From Rebecca billardiae RCC1528 (taxonomy: Eukaryota > Protista > Haptophyta), in NCBI GenBank assembly GCA_965240325.2, contig OZ251242.1, positions 310,001 through 374,000 of the forward strand: DNA of 64,000 bases, in the 5' to 3' direction. Shown here one piece after another: positions 32,808-43,267 of this stretch (the stretch's first letter is position 1; the number at the start of each line of letters is the position of its first letter). The position numbers and the translations under genes are program-made. The notes beneath the pieces were generated by a model. That model did not search any database. It was not told where the DNA came from and was given only the letters and a program-made list of their open reading frames with translations.

Positions 32808-32905
32808 GCGCAAAAATTAACCACATGCGCTTCGATTCCCGAGGCGTGCCCTAATTGGCGCAAAAATTAACCAAGTGCGTTCTCGATTCCCGAGGCGTGC
32901 CTAAT
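32808..32905. repeat. 50-bp tandem repeat, 2 copies
   Basis: GCGCAAAAATTAACCA...CGATTCCCGAGGCGTGCC(C)TAAT occurs twice. Confidence 0.85.
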
Positions 32906-33092
32906 CAAAAAACGTTTGAGGCCCCATTCTTCGTATTCCTACTCCGGTATTACTCTCCCCATCAGTACGTCACACCCAATTAAAGGGGGTCGGAGCTGGG
33001 TCTCCCAGGGCTTTCTCACGAATTAAAATTGTTTAAAGCTGTGTTCACCAGAATAGCTGCGGGTATTTTCCATACCAGGGAGCCTTGATGTA

Positions 33093-33697
33093 TGGAGCGC
33101 TCGTTGGAACTTGGCGGGGCTTGGAACTTGACACCGCATTTCCCAGCGAAGTGCCCCATCTCGGCGGGGCTGGCACGGTCGGCACACGCTCCTGAGCGCT
33201 CGCTTTGCGGTGCGGCAGGCCTTGGGCAGCCCAGACAGACATGCCGCGACCGAATTACCGGGCCATGCGCGCACCACACCCGCGCTACATGGCCTACGCG
33301 CTGGACGACTGAGAGGCAACGCCGAACCACTGCATTCCACTGCCCGGCATGCACCCCGAGTCACCTTCAGAGGGCGTCGACGAGCGCAGAGCGGGTGCGT
33401 GGGAGTTCGACCAACTCGTGTACCTTCTTGCAAGCACCAGCGGCGAGGTCGCAAGCCGAACCTTGACCAGCCGTGGAACTTGAGCTGGTCGGCAGCAAAA
33501 CCACCGTTCAACCCGGATCAAGTTAGCAGCGTGCGAGGAGGAGGCGCGGTGCGCGTCCGCGGCTGGCGAGAGGCGTCCGGACCGTGCCGTTCTCAGCCGC
33601 GCCCGCGCGCTTCCCGCCGCCGCGGGCCCCGTGTACGCCCGTCGTCGCCCTCGCCGCGCGGGCGCCAAACCGGCGTCAAGTTCCAACGAGCGCTCCA
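33093..33697. mobile_element. MITE-like element, 605 bp, 21-bp TIRs, TA on both flanks
   Basis: TGGAGCGCTCGTTGGAACTTG (33093-33113) and its reverse complement (33677-33697); TA at 33091-92 and 33698-99; internal GGAACTTG repeats. Confidence 0.6.
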
Positions 33698-33722
33698 TAG
33701 GGGGCTGGGACGGGTGGAGACC

Positions 33723-34773
33723 GAGGTCGGTCGGGCACTCGGGCTCTGTTTGCCTCGGAGCGGAGCGGAGCGAGCACTATCAGCGGCGGAGGGCGCTGAG
33801 GCCGCGCACGGCGTGAGGCGCGGCGTCGGCCGAGTCGGTCCGATGAGGATGCGCGGCGCTCGGCCCGCTGCGCAGCGGCAGTGCGCCTCACTTTGCCCCA
33901 AGCGCCGTCCTCCGCGTCGCCTCGTCCCCGCCTTGGAGCAGCACGCATGTGCGCGCCGCCGCATCGAATGCGGCACAGGCTTGCTCAGACGACCGCGCGC
34001 GCGTGGCGCGCGACTTGGTCGGCTGCGCGCGCGCGCTGCCGCGGTGCAAGGTAGCGCCACCGCATTCGCGCGCCGTGCCCGCGCGAGCCCTCACTCACGG
34101 CCATCTCGTAAGCGTAGTGCTCACTTGTCTGCTTGCTCACACGCCATGGTTTGCTGTGCCTCACGCTGGCACTCGTCGGGTCGATCAGCGAGGTGTTGAG
34201 TGACATTGGATACCCATGAAGAAGGCCTAGTGTTGTGTATTCCTTCTCAGCACGAAAGCAAGCGGACGCTCAGGCTCCGCATCGATGGTACCAACACTCA
34301 CGCCGCTGTCTTTTCCAGCTTCCCGTCAGTCGGCAAGTCGGATGCCAAGCCGGCATTCAATACATGTGAGTGAGCTCGCACTCACGTCCGTGCACACGCT
34401 CTCGCGCGGGCACGGCGCGCGTATGCGGTGGCGCTACCTTGCACCGCGGCAGCGCGCGCGCGCAGCCGACCAAGTCGCGCGCCACGCGCGCGCGGTCGTC
34501 TGAGCAAGCCTGTGCCGCATTCCGGATGCGGCGGCGCGCACATGCGTGCTGCTCCAAGGCGGGGACGAGGCGACGCGGAGGACGGCGCTCGGGGCAAAGT
34601 GAGGCGCACTGCCGCTGCGCAGCGGGCCGAGCGCCGCGCATCCTCTGCGGACCGACTCGGCCGACGTCGCGCCTCACGCCGTGCGCGGCCTCGCCGCCCT
34701 CCGCCGCCTGATAGTACTCGCTCCGCTCCGCTCGCACCGCTCGCCGAGGCAAACAGAGCGCCCGACCGACCTC
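33723..34773. repeat. Long inverted repeat (foldback): ~365-bp arms 33723-34087 and 34401-34773 with a ~310-bp spacer
   Basis: Arms are reverse complements with few substitutions and indels. Confidence 0.92.
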
Positions 34774-35081
34774 CGCGGCTGTCGCCAGCGGAGTGGCGCT
34801 CCCTTACTACCCTTGCCCTGACCGTCACCGTGGCTGGAGCCAGGCTAGCGATGGCGGGGATGATGCGTGCTGTAATATGCTCAGAGCAGCGCCGTAGCTG
34901 CGCAGATAGGTCATTGCCGGGCGCAGCGCGGCTTGCTGGAAAGGCTCGGCCTTTCCACACCGATAGCCCGACGCGCGGTGGAGGATCGTGCGAGGCGGCT
35001 CAGTCGTGCGCAGCAGCGCGTGTACCGTGTTTGAATGCCGTGGCCGACCGCACCGTGGCGACACGCCACAGCCCTACGACA

Positions 35082-36597
35082 TCACCGCGCGTCGTCAAAC
35101 TCGCCGCGGCCATCGACGACCTCATCGTGCCCATCGGGCTCGCACACATGCGGCAGCAGCGACGTCGGCACGGCCGGCCGTGCGACGCTGCCGTTGCGCT
35201 GCGCGCGCAGCGGCACGCCGGCCTGCACGAGGCGGCGGCTGGTGCGCAGCAGCAGGAAGCGCGTGTACTCCGCGCCCGCGACGCGGAGCGGCGCGGGGCA
35301 GCGCGGCCGCTCTGGCCGCCGCCGCTCGCGCGCGCGCCGTCCGCGCGCCGCGCGCGCGGCGCGGCCGCGGCGGCGCGCGGCGTGCGGCGGCGCGGCGCGC
35401 GCGCCGTCCGCGCAGGTGGCTGCCAACGCGCTGTCGAGGGTAGCGAGGACGTGCGCGTCGCGGCGGACGGTGGGCGGCGCCGCGTCCCACTGCCGCGCGT
35501 GCACGCGCGCAAAGTGCGCGTACAGCGCCAGGTCGACGCCGTGCGAGCGGCGCAGCAGCGCCATCGCCGCCGCGCTCGCGACCGGCTGCGCCGCGCGGTG
35601 CGCGCACGCGGCGCGCCCCGCTTCGGCCGAGTTGCGCCTGAGGGCGACCAGCTCGGCGAGGCCGAGGGCGGGGGCGAGGTCGGCGCGCATCAGCGCGAGC
35701 GACTCGTGCCACCGCTCCATGATCAGCACGCGGTCGAGCTCCGCCTCCAGATCGCGCAGCCACGCGCTCACGGCGGCGCTGTCGCCGTCGCGCGCGGTGG
35801 AGTAGGCGTGCCGCAGGCCGCGACCGGCGGCGGCGGCGGCGGCGGCGGCGCTGGCGTCGGCTGGCGGGGCACGGAGGTACCAGCCGAGGTCGAAGGCCTG
35901 CGGGTTGCGCACGTACGCCGCCATCGCGCCCGGCGTGAGCGCGCGGTGCTGCACCGCGCGCATCGCCGCGCCCGCCTCGAGCACTTTCGTCGTGTTGCAG
36001 AAATACGATCGCCGCTGCGGCGCAAAATAATTGGCCGCGCTCGCGACCTGCGTGCGCGGGTCGCGCAGGATGGTGAGCCAGTACACGGGCCCGTTGCGCG
36101 TGCGCATGTACGCGCTCATCTGCGCGCGCTCGTAGATCGCGTGGTTGCACAGCACGTCGAACTGCGCCGCCGGCGGGTCTGCGTGCCGGAAGCGCGCGGG
36201 CCACGGCAATGGCTGACGCCGGGCGACCAGGTCGCCGGCGATGAGGAAGGAGAGGTTGCGCCAGTCGCCGAGGCGCTGGACGATGTTCATCAGCGACATC
36301 GAGCCCGTCTTGTGCGTCTGCGCCGGGCATCACGGCGCGCGGGTGGGGGCGTGCGTCTGCGGCGACGCGGCGTGGCGCACGGCGCGCGCGGCGAGTGCGC
36401 ATGCACACCTTCAGCAGCACGATTGGGCGCAGCCGGTGGCGGGCGAGGCGCGCGCGCTCGCCAGGCGAGAGCAAGAACGAGTCCATGCCGCCCAGCGGCG
36501 CGCCCGTGTCGCACAGCCCAGCCCCGCCCGCCGCCCAGCTCACATGGCCGAGCAGTGTGACGACGGCCGCCGCCGTGAGCCGCCATCGTGGCATCAT
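35082..36597 (-). CDS. Galactose-3-O-sulfotransferase family protein; exons 36597-36409 and 36317-35082
   Basis: Splicing creates the PAPS-binding LLKTHKTGS; also LCNH, TILRDP, NPQAFDLG, VLIMERWHESL, DLALY; hydrophobic N-terminal signal or anchor. Confidence 0.85.
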
Positions 36598-36683
36598 GCC
36601 GTTGGTCGGCATTATTTTTGGCCACGCCGCGCCGAAAGTCGTTCGGCGTCGACCGGCCACTCGGCCAAGGCTGCCTTCCCGCG

Positions 36684-38174
36684 ATGGCCGCCACGGCCGC
36701 CTTGATGAGAGCGCGCCTGTGCCGCCTCGCCGTGGGGCGCGCCCCGCTCGGCTCGCGCGGCGTGACGCAGGCGTGCCGCGACGCGGTGCGCGCTCGCCAG
36801 CCCGTCTCCGACTGGCTCCAGCCGCGCGTCGTCTACCACGGCGGCATCCATCGCTCGGTCGGCCGGTCGTTCCTCGGCCGGCTGCTCGGCCGGTGGCGCA
36901 CGACGACGATCGACTTGAACTTCGACTTCAGGAGCTGGGCGCGGCACGAGGAGGCGTCGCGGCACGTGCGCTACTGGATCAACCCGCTCTTCTTCTCCTC
37001 CTCGCAGACGCTGCGCCGCCTGCTCTTCCCCGATCTCGCGATGATCGGCGCCATCTCGGCCGCCATCTCGTGGCACCAGATTGCGATCTCGGCGGGCGGC
37101 GCTGAGGCGGGTGCAGCGGGCGCGCTCTCTCCGTCCGCGCTCGCGCTGCCCCCCGAGCCCTTCGCGCTCTCGGGCTTCGCCCTCGGCCTCCTCGTCACCT
37201 TCCGGGTGCAGGCCTGCCACGGCCGGTACGCCGAGGCGCGGCTGCTGTGGGGCGAGGTTGTGAACGCGACGCGCGACGGCGCGAGCCGGCTGCTGTGTCT
37301 CGCCGAGCCGCATGGCGGCGGCCCGGCGGGGCCGCGCGGCGGCCGGGGCGGCGCGGCGGACGACGCTCGCGGGCAGCATGGCGCAGCCGGCGGCGCCGCG
37401 CTCAGCGCAGCCGAGCGCGAGGCGTGCCTACGGCTGCTGCGCACGTTTGCGCGCGCACTCAAGTACCACCTGACCGTTGACGGGTGCAACCAGCACATTG
37501 ACATCCGCGGCTGCACGCACGCCGAGGTCGCCGCCGCCAAGGACGAGGCGCTGCGCGACGAGCTCGAGCTGATCTGGGGGTCGAAGGGGCCGGAGGGGGC
37601 GGGCGTGGCGGCGGTGGCTGCCGCGGCGCTCCGCGCCGCCTCGCCGGCTGCGCCGTCGTACCCCGACGCGCTGCTCGCGCGCGCGCACGGCTACCGCCCG
37701 CTGTCCGTGCTGCACGACCTGGGGCGCACGCTGGCCGCGCTGCGCGCGCGCGGCGGCGCGGGCGCGGTCGAGGTGGCGATGCTCGAGGAGCGGGTGCACC
37801 TGCTCGCGCGCGCGCTGGGCGGGTGTGAGCGGCTGCTGCGCACGCCGATCTACACGCCGTTCACGCATCACACCTCGCGCTTCCTCATCCTCTGGTGCGC
37901 CGCGCTGCCGTTCGCGATGCTAGACCTGGTCGGCCCGATCGCCACCGCGCCCGTCAGCCTGGTCGTCTCGTTCATGCTCCTGGGGATTGAGGATATTGGC
38001 TCCCGGATCGAGATGCCGTGGGACACGCTGCCGCTGTGGCAGTACTGCGAGGGGATCGACGACAGCGTGCTGGGGCTGCGCGCGCACGACCTCGCCGCGC
38101 GCGGCGTCACTGGCGTCGGCGGCGAGCCCGCGGCCGGCGAGGGCCCGCCCGGCGCGCGCGCGCCGCCGCCGTGA
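36684..38174 (+). CDS. Bestrophin-like (UPF0187/VCCN-type) anion channel
   Basis: [54 protein letters not shown]. Confidence 0.9.
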   Translation: MAATAALMRARLCRLAVGRAPLGSRGVTQACRDAVRARQPVSDWLQPRVVYHGGIHRSVGRSFLGRLLGRWRTTTIDLNFDFRSWARHEEASRHVRYWINPLFFSSSQTLRRLLFPDLAMIGAISAAISWHQIAISAGGAEAGAAGALSPSALALPPEPFALSGFALGLLVTFRVQACHGRYAEARLLWGEVVNATRDGASRLLCLAEPHGGGPAGPRGGRGGAADDARGQHGAAGGAALSAAEREACLRLLRTFARALKYHLTVDGCNQHIDIRGCTHAEVAAAKDEALRDELELIWGSKGPEGAGVAAVAAAALRAASPAAPSYPDALLARAHGYRPLSVLHDLGRTLAALRARGGAGAVEVAMLEERVHLLARALGGCERLLRTPIYTPFTHHTSRFLILWCAALPFAMLDLVGPIATAPVSLVVSFMLLGIEDIGSRIEMPWDTLPLWQYCEGIDDSVLGLRAHDLAARGVTGVGGEPAAGEGPPGARAPPP

Positions 38175-38406
38175 GGCGGTGATTTATTCGCGTCGTCATC
38201 GCGTCTTTTCCGCACGAGCGAGTAAAACCGTGATGACGACGTCAGCATCAGCCAAAATTGCAAAAAACGCCAGCAGGCCGCCGCCAAAAAAACCCCAAGT
38301 GAGATGCATCGTCCGGCCGATCATGCGCCGATCACGAGAAGTCGCGCGAGCATCATCAGCGTGGACGGCCTTTCGTCCACGAGGCGCAGCCAGCGTCGCC
38401 TCACCG

Positions 38407-40635
38407 ATGGCCGCCGTGGCGACGCGCTCGCTGCCGATGGTGCTCGGCCTGCTCGCGGGCTCGGCGCTCGTACGCCCAGCTGAGGCGCTTGGCGCCCTGA
38501 GCGCCGCGGCGCGCACCGCGCGCGTGCCGTCCGCGCTGCTGCGGCGCGGCGCGCGCGGCGGCGCGCGCGGCGCGGCGTCGGCGTCCGCCGCCGCGGGCGG
38601 CGCGCCGCAGGGGGCGGCGGCGGCGGCGGCGCCCGCCGAGGCGGCGGCGGACGGGCCGACGCCGGCGAAGGGCCTCGAGGAGCTCGGCACCGACATGAAC
38701 GAGATCGTCTCCCTGTGCAAGCGCCGCGGGATTGTGTACCCATCTTCCGATATCTACTCTGGGTTCAACGGCTTCTATGACTATGGGCCGCTGGGCGTGG
38801 AGCTGCGCGCGAACATCAAGAAGGCGTGGTGGCAGGACATGGTGCACCGGCGCGAGGACGTCGTCGGCCTCGACTCCTCGATCATCGCCTCGCCGCGCAT
38901 CTGGGAGGCCTCCGGCCACGTCGCCGGCTTCTCTGACCCGATGGTGGACTGCAAGTCTTCCAAGCAGCGCTTCCGCGCGGACCAGCTCTTCTACGCGCCG
39001 GTGAGCGCGCCGGAGGGCTCGGAGGGCGCGCCCGAGGGCGGCAAGCCCGTCGGGTACGTGTCGCTCCTCGAGTCCGGCGACATGGAGGGCGACGCCGCGA
39101 AGGCGGCCAAGGCGGTGTGCAAGAAGGCGGGCGTCAAGCTGCCGCCGCACACGAGGCCTGTGGTCGGCGAGCTGAGGGACGTGACGCACGCGAGCGCTGA
39201 GGAGCTCGCGCTGATCCCGAGCCCGGCGACGGGCGAGGTGGGCACGCTCACGCCGCCGCGCGACTTCAACCTCATGTTCCAGACCTCGGTGGGCGCGCTC
39301 GCCGACGCGTCCGCCGTGGCGTACCTCCGGCCCGAGACGGCGCAGGGAATCTTCACCAACTTCAAGAACGTCGCGTCGACGTCGCGCGTCAAGGTGCCGT
39401 TTGGGATCGCGCAGATTGGGAAGGCGTTCCGGAACGAGATCACGCCGCGCAACTTCATCTTCCGCTCGCGCGAGTTCGAGCAGATGGAGCTCGAGTACTT
39501 CTTCAAGCCGAACGCGGAAGATCCGGACTCGGCCGACGGCGGCTGGCGCGCGCTGCACGCGGACTGGGTGCAGTCGCGCTTCGAGTGGCACGTGGGCATC
39601 GGCGTGCGGCGCGAGCTGCTCTCGATCGAGGCGCACGCCGACGACAAGCTCGCGCACTACGCGCAGGCGTGCTCCGACATCATGTTCAAGTTCCCGTTCG
39701 GCGTGCAGGAGCTCGAGGGGTGCGCGGCGCGCGGCTGCTACGACCTGACGCAGCACATGGAGGCGAGCGGCAAGTCGCTCGAGTGGGTGGACGAGGCGAC
39801 CAAGGAGAAGGTGCGCGCGGCGCGTGTGGCGAGCGCGCGCTCGCGACGGGCGGGCGCGGGAGGCCGGAGGCGCGCCGGGCGCGTGCGCGGAGGCGCGCGG
39901 ACGGCCGGCGCAGCGAGCGAGCGCGCGCGCGCGTGCCCTGGCCTCTCAGCGCGAGCCCCCGCCGCGCGCCATCGCGCCCGCTCCGCTCGCGCGCACCCGC
40001 CGCGCGCCACGCCCCCGCGCGCCTCCCCCGCCCCTCGGCAGTTTGTGCCGCACGTCATCGAGCCCTCCGTCGGCGTCGACCGCTGCATGCTCGCGCTGAT
40101 CTGCAGCGCGTATGCGGAGGACTCGGTGGGCGGGGAGAAGCGCACGCTGCTGCGCTTCCACCCGCGTATCGCGCCGATCAAGGCGGCGGTGTTCCCGCTC
40201 GTCAAGGTGCGCGGCGGGAGCGGGCCGCGTCGCCGCGCGCCGTGGCCTGCGCGTCGCGCGCTCGGCGGGCGCACGTTTGAACGCACACGCTCGGTGGGCA
40301 CACGTCCGAATTGAACTGACACGCCCTGCCGCCCCTCCCACCGCGCCCCTGCTGCGCGGTGCGTGCGTGCGCAGAACAACGCGGAGCTCGTGGGGCGTGC
40401 GCGCGAGCTCTTCGAGCGGCTGCAGCGCCGGTACAACGTCGCCTTCGACGCGGCGGGCAACATCGGGCGGCGATATCGGCGCATGGACGAGGCGGGCACG
40501 CCCTTCTGCGTGACTGTCGACTTTGACACGCTGGAGGACGGCACGGTGACGCTGCGCGAGCGCGACTCGACCGCGCAGCGGCGCATGAGCATCGACGAGG
40601 TCGTGGCGTACATCTCGGACGCGGTAGACGGCTGA
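38407..40635 (+). CDS. glyQS: Glycine--tRNA ligase (alpha2 type, organellar); exons 38407-39810, 40042-40206, 40375-40635
   Basis: [87 protein letters not shown]; signal-peptide-like N-terminus. Confidence 0.95.
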
Positions 40636-41069
40636 GCACGGCCCCAGCGCGCGGTGCCGCGCCGCCGCAGGCGCCGCTCCAGCCCCGCGGTGAGGCCGCA
40701 GAGCGGCCGGACTCGGTCAGCAGCCGCGCCGCTGCGGCGGCACGGCGGCGGCGAACGAGCGAAGCGGCGGGGATGCGAGGAGTGTGGGGTTAGGGGCTTC
40801 TGGGCAGCTGGTCGCGCCCGGTCTCGACGAGTAGTGCGCCGTGACACGCGCAGCTCGCGATAGCGCGGGCCTGCTGAGCACGGGCAACGACCGCCATCTT
40901 GAAATCATGCGATACGGGATTAACAAATCCACGACGACCGATAAAGCCGAATAAAAGCCCCTCCCCTCGGTCGCTGCCTCGCCGCCGTGCGGTGCAGCCG
41001 GGGGAAGGCGCTCGAAGCCAGGCGGAGCGTCCACGCCCTTCGATCATCATCGCTCCGGCGCTGCGTACC

Positions 41070-42824
41070 ATGGCCACGGCCCTCCTCTCGACGTTCACGG
41101 CGGCGGCGTCGGCGGCGGCGTCGGCCGCGCCGGTCTCGCGCGTCGTCGTCTGGTTCAAGGGCACGCGCGACCTCCGCGTCCACGACAACCCACTGCTCGC
41201 GCGCGCGGCAGAGTACTGCGCGGCGGGCGCGGCGGACTGCGTGCCGTGCTTCTGCTTCGACGACGGGATGTTCAAGGCGGAATCGCCGCAGGGCTCGCGG
41301 CGGGTCGGGCCGCACCGCGCGCGCTTCCTCCACGAGTCGGTCGACGACCTGCGCGCCCAGCTCCGCGAGCAGCTCGACGCGGAGCTGTTCGTGGGCGTCG
41401 GGCGGCCAGAGGCGGTCGTGCCGCCGCTGGCGCGCCGCGTGGACGGCGACGGCGCCGTCGGGCGCTCGGTGCTGCTCGTCGCGGCGGAGGTGGCGAGCGA
41501 GGAGCGCGGCGCGGTGCGCCGCGTGATGCGCGCCATCGAGGCCGCGGGCACGCCGTGCGAGCTCGAGACGCTCTGGATGTCTACGCTCCACGAGCCGAGC
41601 TCGCTGCCATTTCCGCTCGAGAAAATGCCGAATGTGTTCACGCCGTTTAAGGACAAGGTGGAGCGCGGCGCGGAGCGGCGGGCCGAGGCGGCGCCGGTGC
41701 GCAAGGGCGCGCTGCGCATGCCGCAGGGCTCGGCGCGCGAGAGCCTCGCGCCCGGCCTCGACGGCGCGCTGCCCAGCCTCGCCCAGCTCGGCGCCGCGCC
41801 GCTGCCGCCGCCTGTCGCCGACGACGGCGGCGCGCTGCCGTTCCGCGGCGGCGAGTCGGCCGCGCTGGCGCGCGTGCGGCACTACATCTGGGAGGCGGAC
41901 CTGCTCAAGGTGTACTTCGACACGCGCAACGGGATGGTCGGCGCGGACTACTCCTCCAAGTTCGCGCCGTGGCTCGCGCACGGCTGCCTCTCGCCCACGC
42001 GCGTCGCGGCCGAGTGCGCTTCTTACGAGAGTACGCGCGTCAAGAATAAGTCGACGTACTGGCTGATCTTCGAGCTGCTCTGGCGCGACTTCTTCCACTT
42101 CCTCGCGCTGAAGCACGGCGACGCGCTGTTCCGCGAGCAGGGCTTCGGCCGGGCGAGCGTCGAGTGGGTCGCGCCGCTCGAGCAGGCGCGCCGCGCGTCG
42201 CGGTGGAAGGCTGGGCAGACAGGCATCCCGCTGGTGGATGCGTCCATGCGCGAGCTCGCCGCGACAGGGTTCACGTCGAACCGCGCGCGGCAGAACGTGG
42301 CGTCGTACCTCGTGCTCGAGCTCGGCGTGGACTGGCGCGTGGGCGCGGAGCACTTCGAGGAGCTGCTCATCGACTACGACGTCGCGTCCAACTGGGGCAA
42401 CTGGCAGTTTGCCGCGGGCGTCGCGGGCGGCAAGCCCGCGCCTCGCTTCAACGCCGTGCGGCAGGCGCGCATGTACGATGCAGACGCCAAGTTCGTGAAG
42501 ACGTGGCTGCCCGAGCTGCGGCCCGTGCCGAACGAGTGGGCGCACACGCCGTGGCTGATGCCGGCCGAGGTGCAGGACGCGTGCGGCGTGCGCGTCGGCG
42601 AGGACTACCCCGCGCCGGTCGTGCTGCCGGAAGCGTACGCCGCGTATGGGCCGGGCGGCGGCGGCGGCGGCGGCGGCGGCGGGCGCGGCGGCGGAGGGCG
42701 CGGCGGTGGTGGTGGGCGCGGGCGGCGACCCGCGCGCCCGCGCGCCGGCGATCGTGGCGGCGCGCCGCCCGACGCGCTCGTCGGCGTGCGCCGCGCGCCG
42801 CGCGGCGGGCGCGTGCAGCATTGA
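41070..42824 (+). CDS. cry-DASH: Cryptochrome DASH
   Basis: DLRVHDNP, GGESAAL, YFDTRNGMVGADYSSKFAPWLAHGCLSP, STYWLIFELLWRDFF, SNRARQNVASYL, DYDVASNWGNW; Gly/Arg-rich tail. Confidence 0.95.
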   Translation: MATALLSTFTAAASAAASAAPVSRVVVWFKGTRDLRVHDNPLLARAAEYCAAGAADCVPCFCFDDGMFKAESPQGSRRVGPHRARFLHESVDDLRAQLREQLDAELFVGVGRPEAVVPPLARRVDGDGAVGRSVLLVAAEVASEERGAVRRVMRAIEAAGTPCELETLWMSTLHEPSSLPFPLEKMPNVFTPFKDKVERGAERRAEAAPVRKGALRMPQGSARESLAPGLDGALPSLAQLGAAPLPPPVADDGGALPFRGGESAALARVRHYIWEADLLKVYFDTRNGMVGADYSSKFAPWLAHGCLSPTRVAAECASYESTRVKNKSTYWLIFELLWRDFFHFLALKHGDALFREQGFGRASVEWVAPLEQARRASRWKAGQTGIPLVDASMRELAATGFTSNRARQNVASYLVLELGVDWRVGAEHFEELLIDYDVASNWGNWQFAAGVAGGKPAPRFNAVRQARMYDADAKFVKTWLPELRPVPNEWAHTPWLMPAEVQDACGVRVGEDYPAPVVLPEAYAAYGPGGGGGGGGGGRGGGGRGGGGGRGRRPARPRAGDRGGAPPDALVGVRRAPRGGRVQH

Positions 42825-42995
42825 GTGACATCGACCGTTGGACGTTGGTCGTTTTGTCCGGGCGACGAGGAATTTCGGATTAATTCGGGCTGGGATCCAA
42901 GCTGGGGCGGATATTCAGTCTCGTCACACAACGAACTACCCACCTAGGTCATTCCACTTGTCCACGCTCTGCGAGTCCTCGAATCAAGTGCAGCT

Positions 42996-43038
42996 TCTGG
43001 GCTCAGAGTTACCCAGAGCGGGTAACTCTGAGTCCGGA
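42996..43038. other. Stem-loop upstream of the kinase gene
   Basis: CTCAGAGTTACCC-AGAGC-GGGTAACTCTGAG is a perfect 13-bp stem, extendable to 19 bp with G-U pairs. Confidence 0.75.
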
Positions 43039-43267
43039 GATATTGAGCGCTTGCAAGCTGATTGGCCGCAAGGCGAACCGGACCGGACAAATGAACGAGA
43101 ACGCATCAGGAGTCCGTTGGCCGATCGAGAGCGCTGCTGCAGCCGAAACTGGAGGCGGAAGCGGCCTCAGGATTCGAGACGCCCCTTCATCGGCTTGGCA
43201 GCATTGCTTGCGGCCCCACAAGCGCCGTCCGAGCCCCGCGCGAATCTGCAGAGCCCCATACCCGCGC

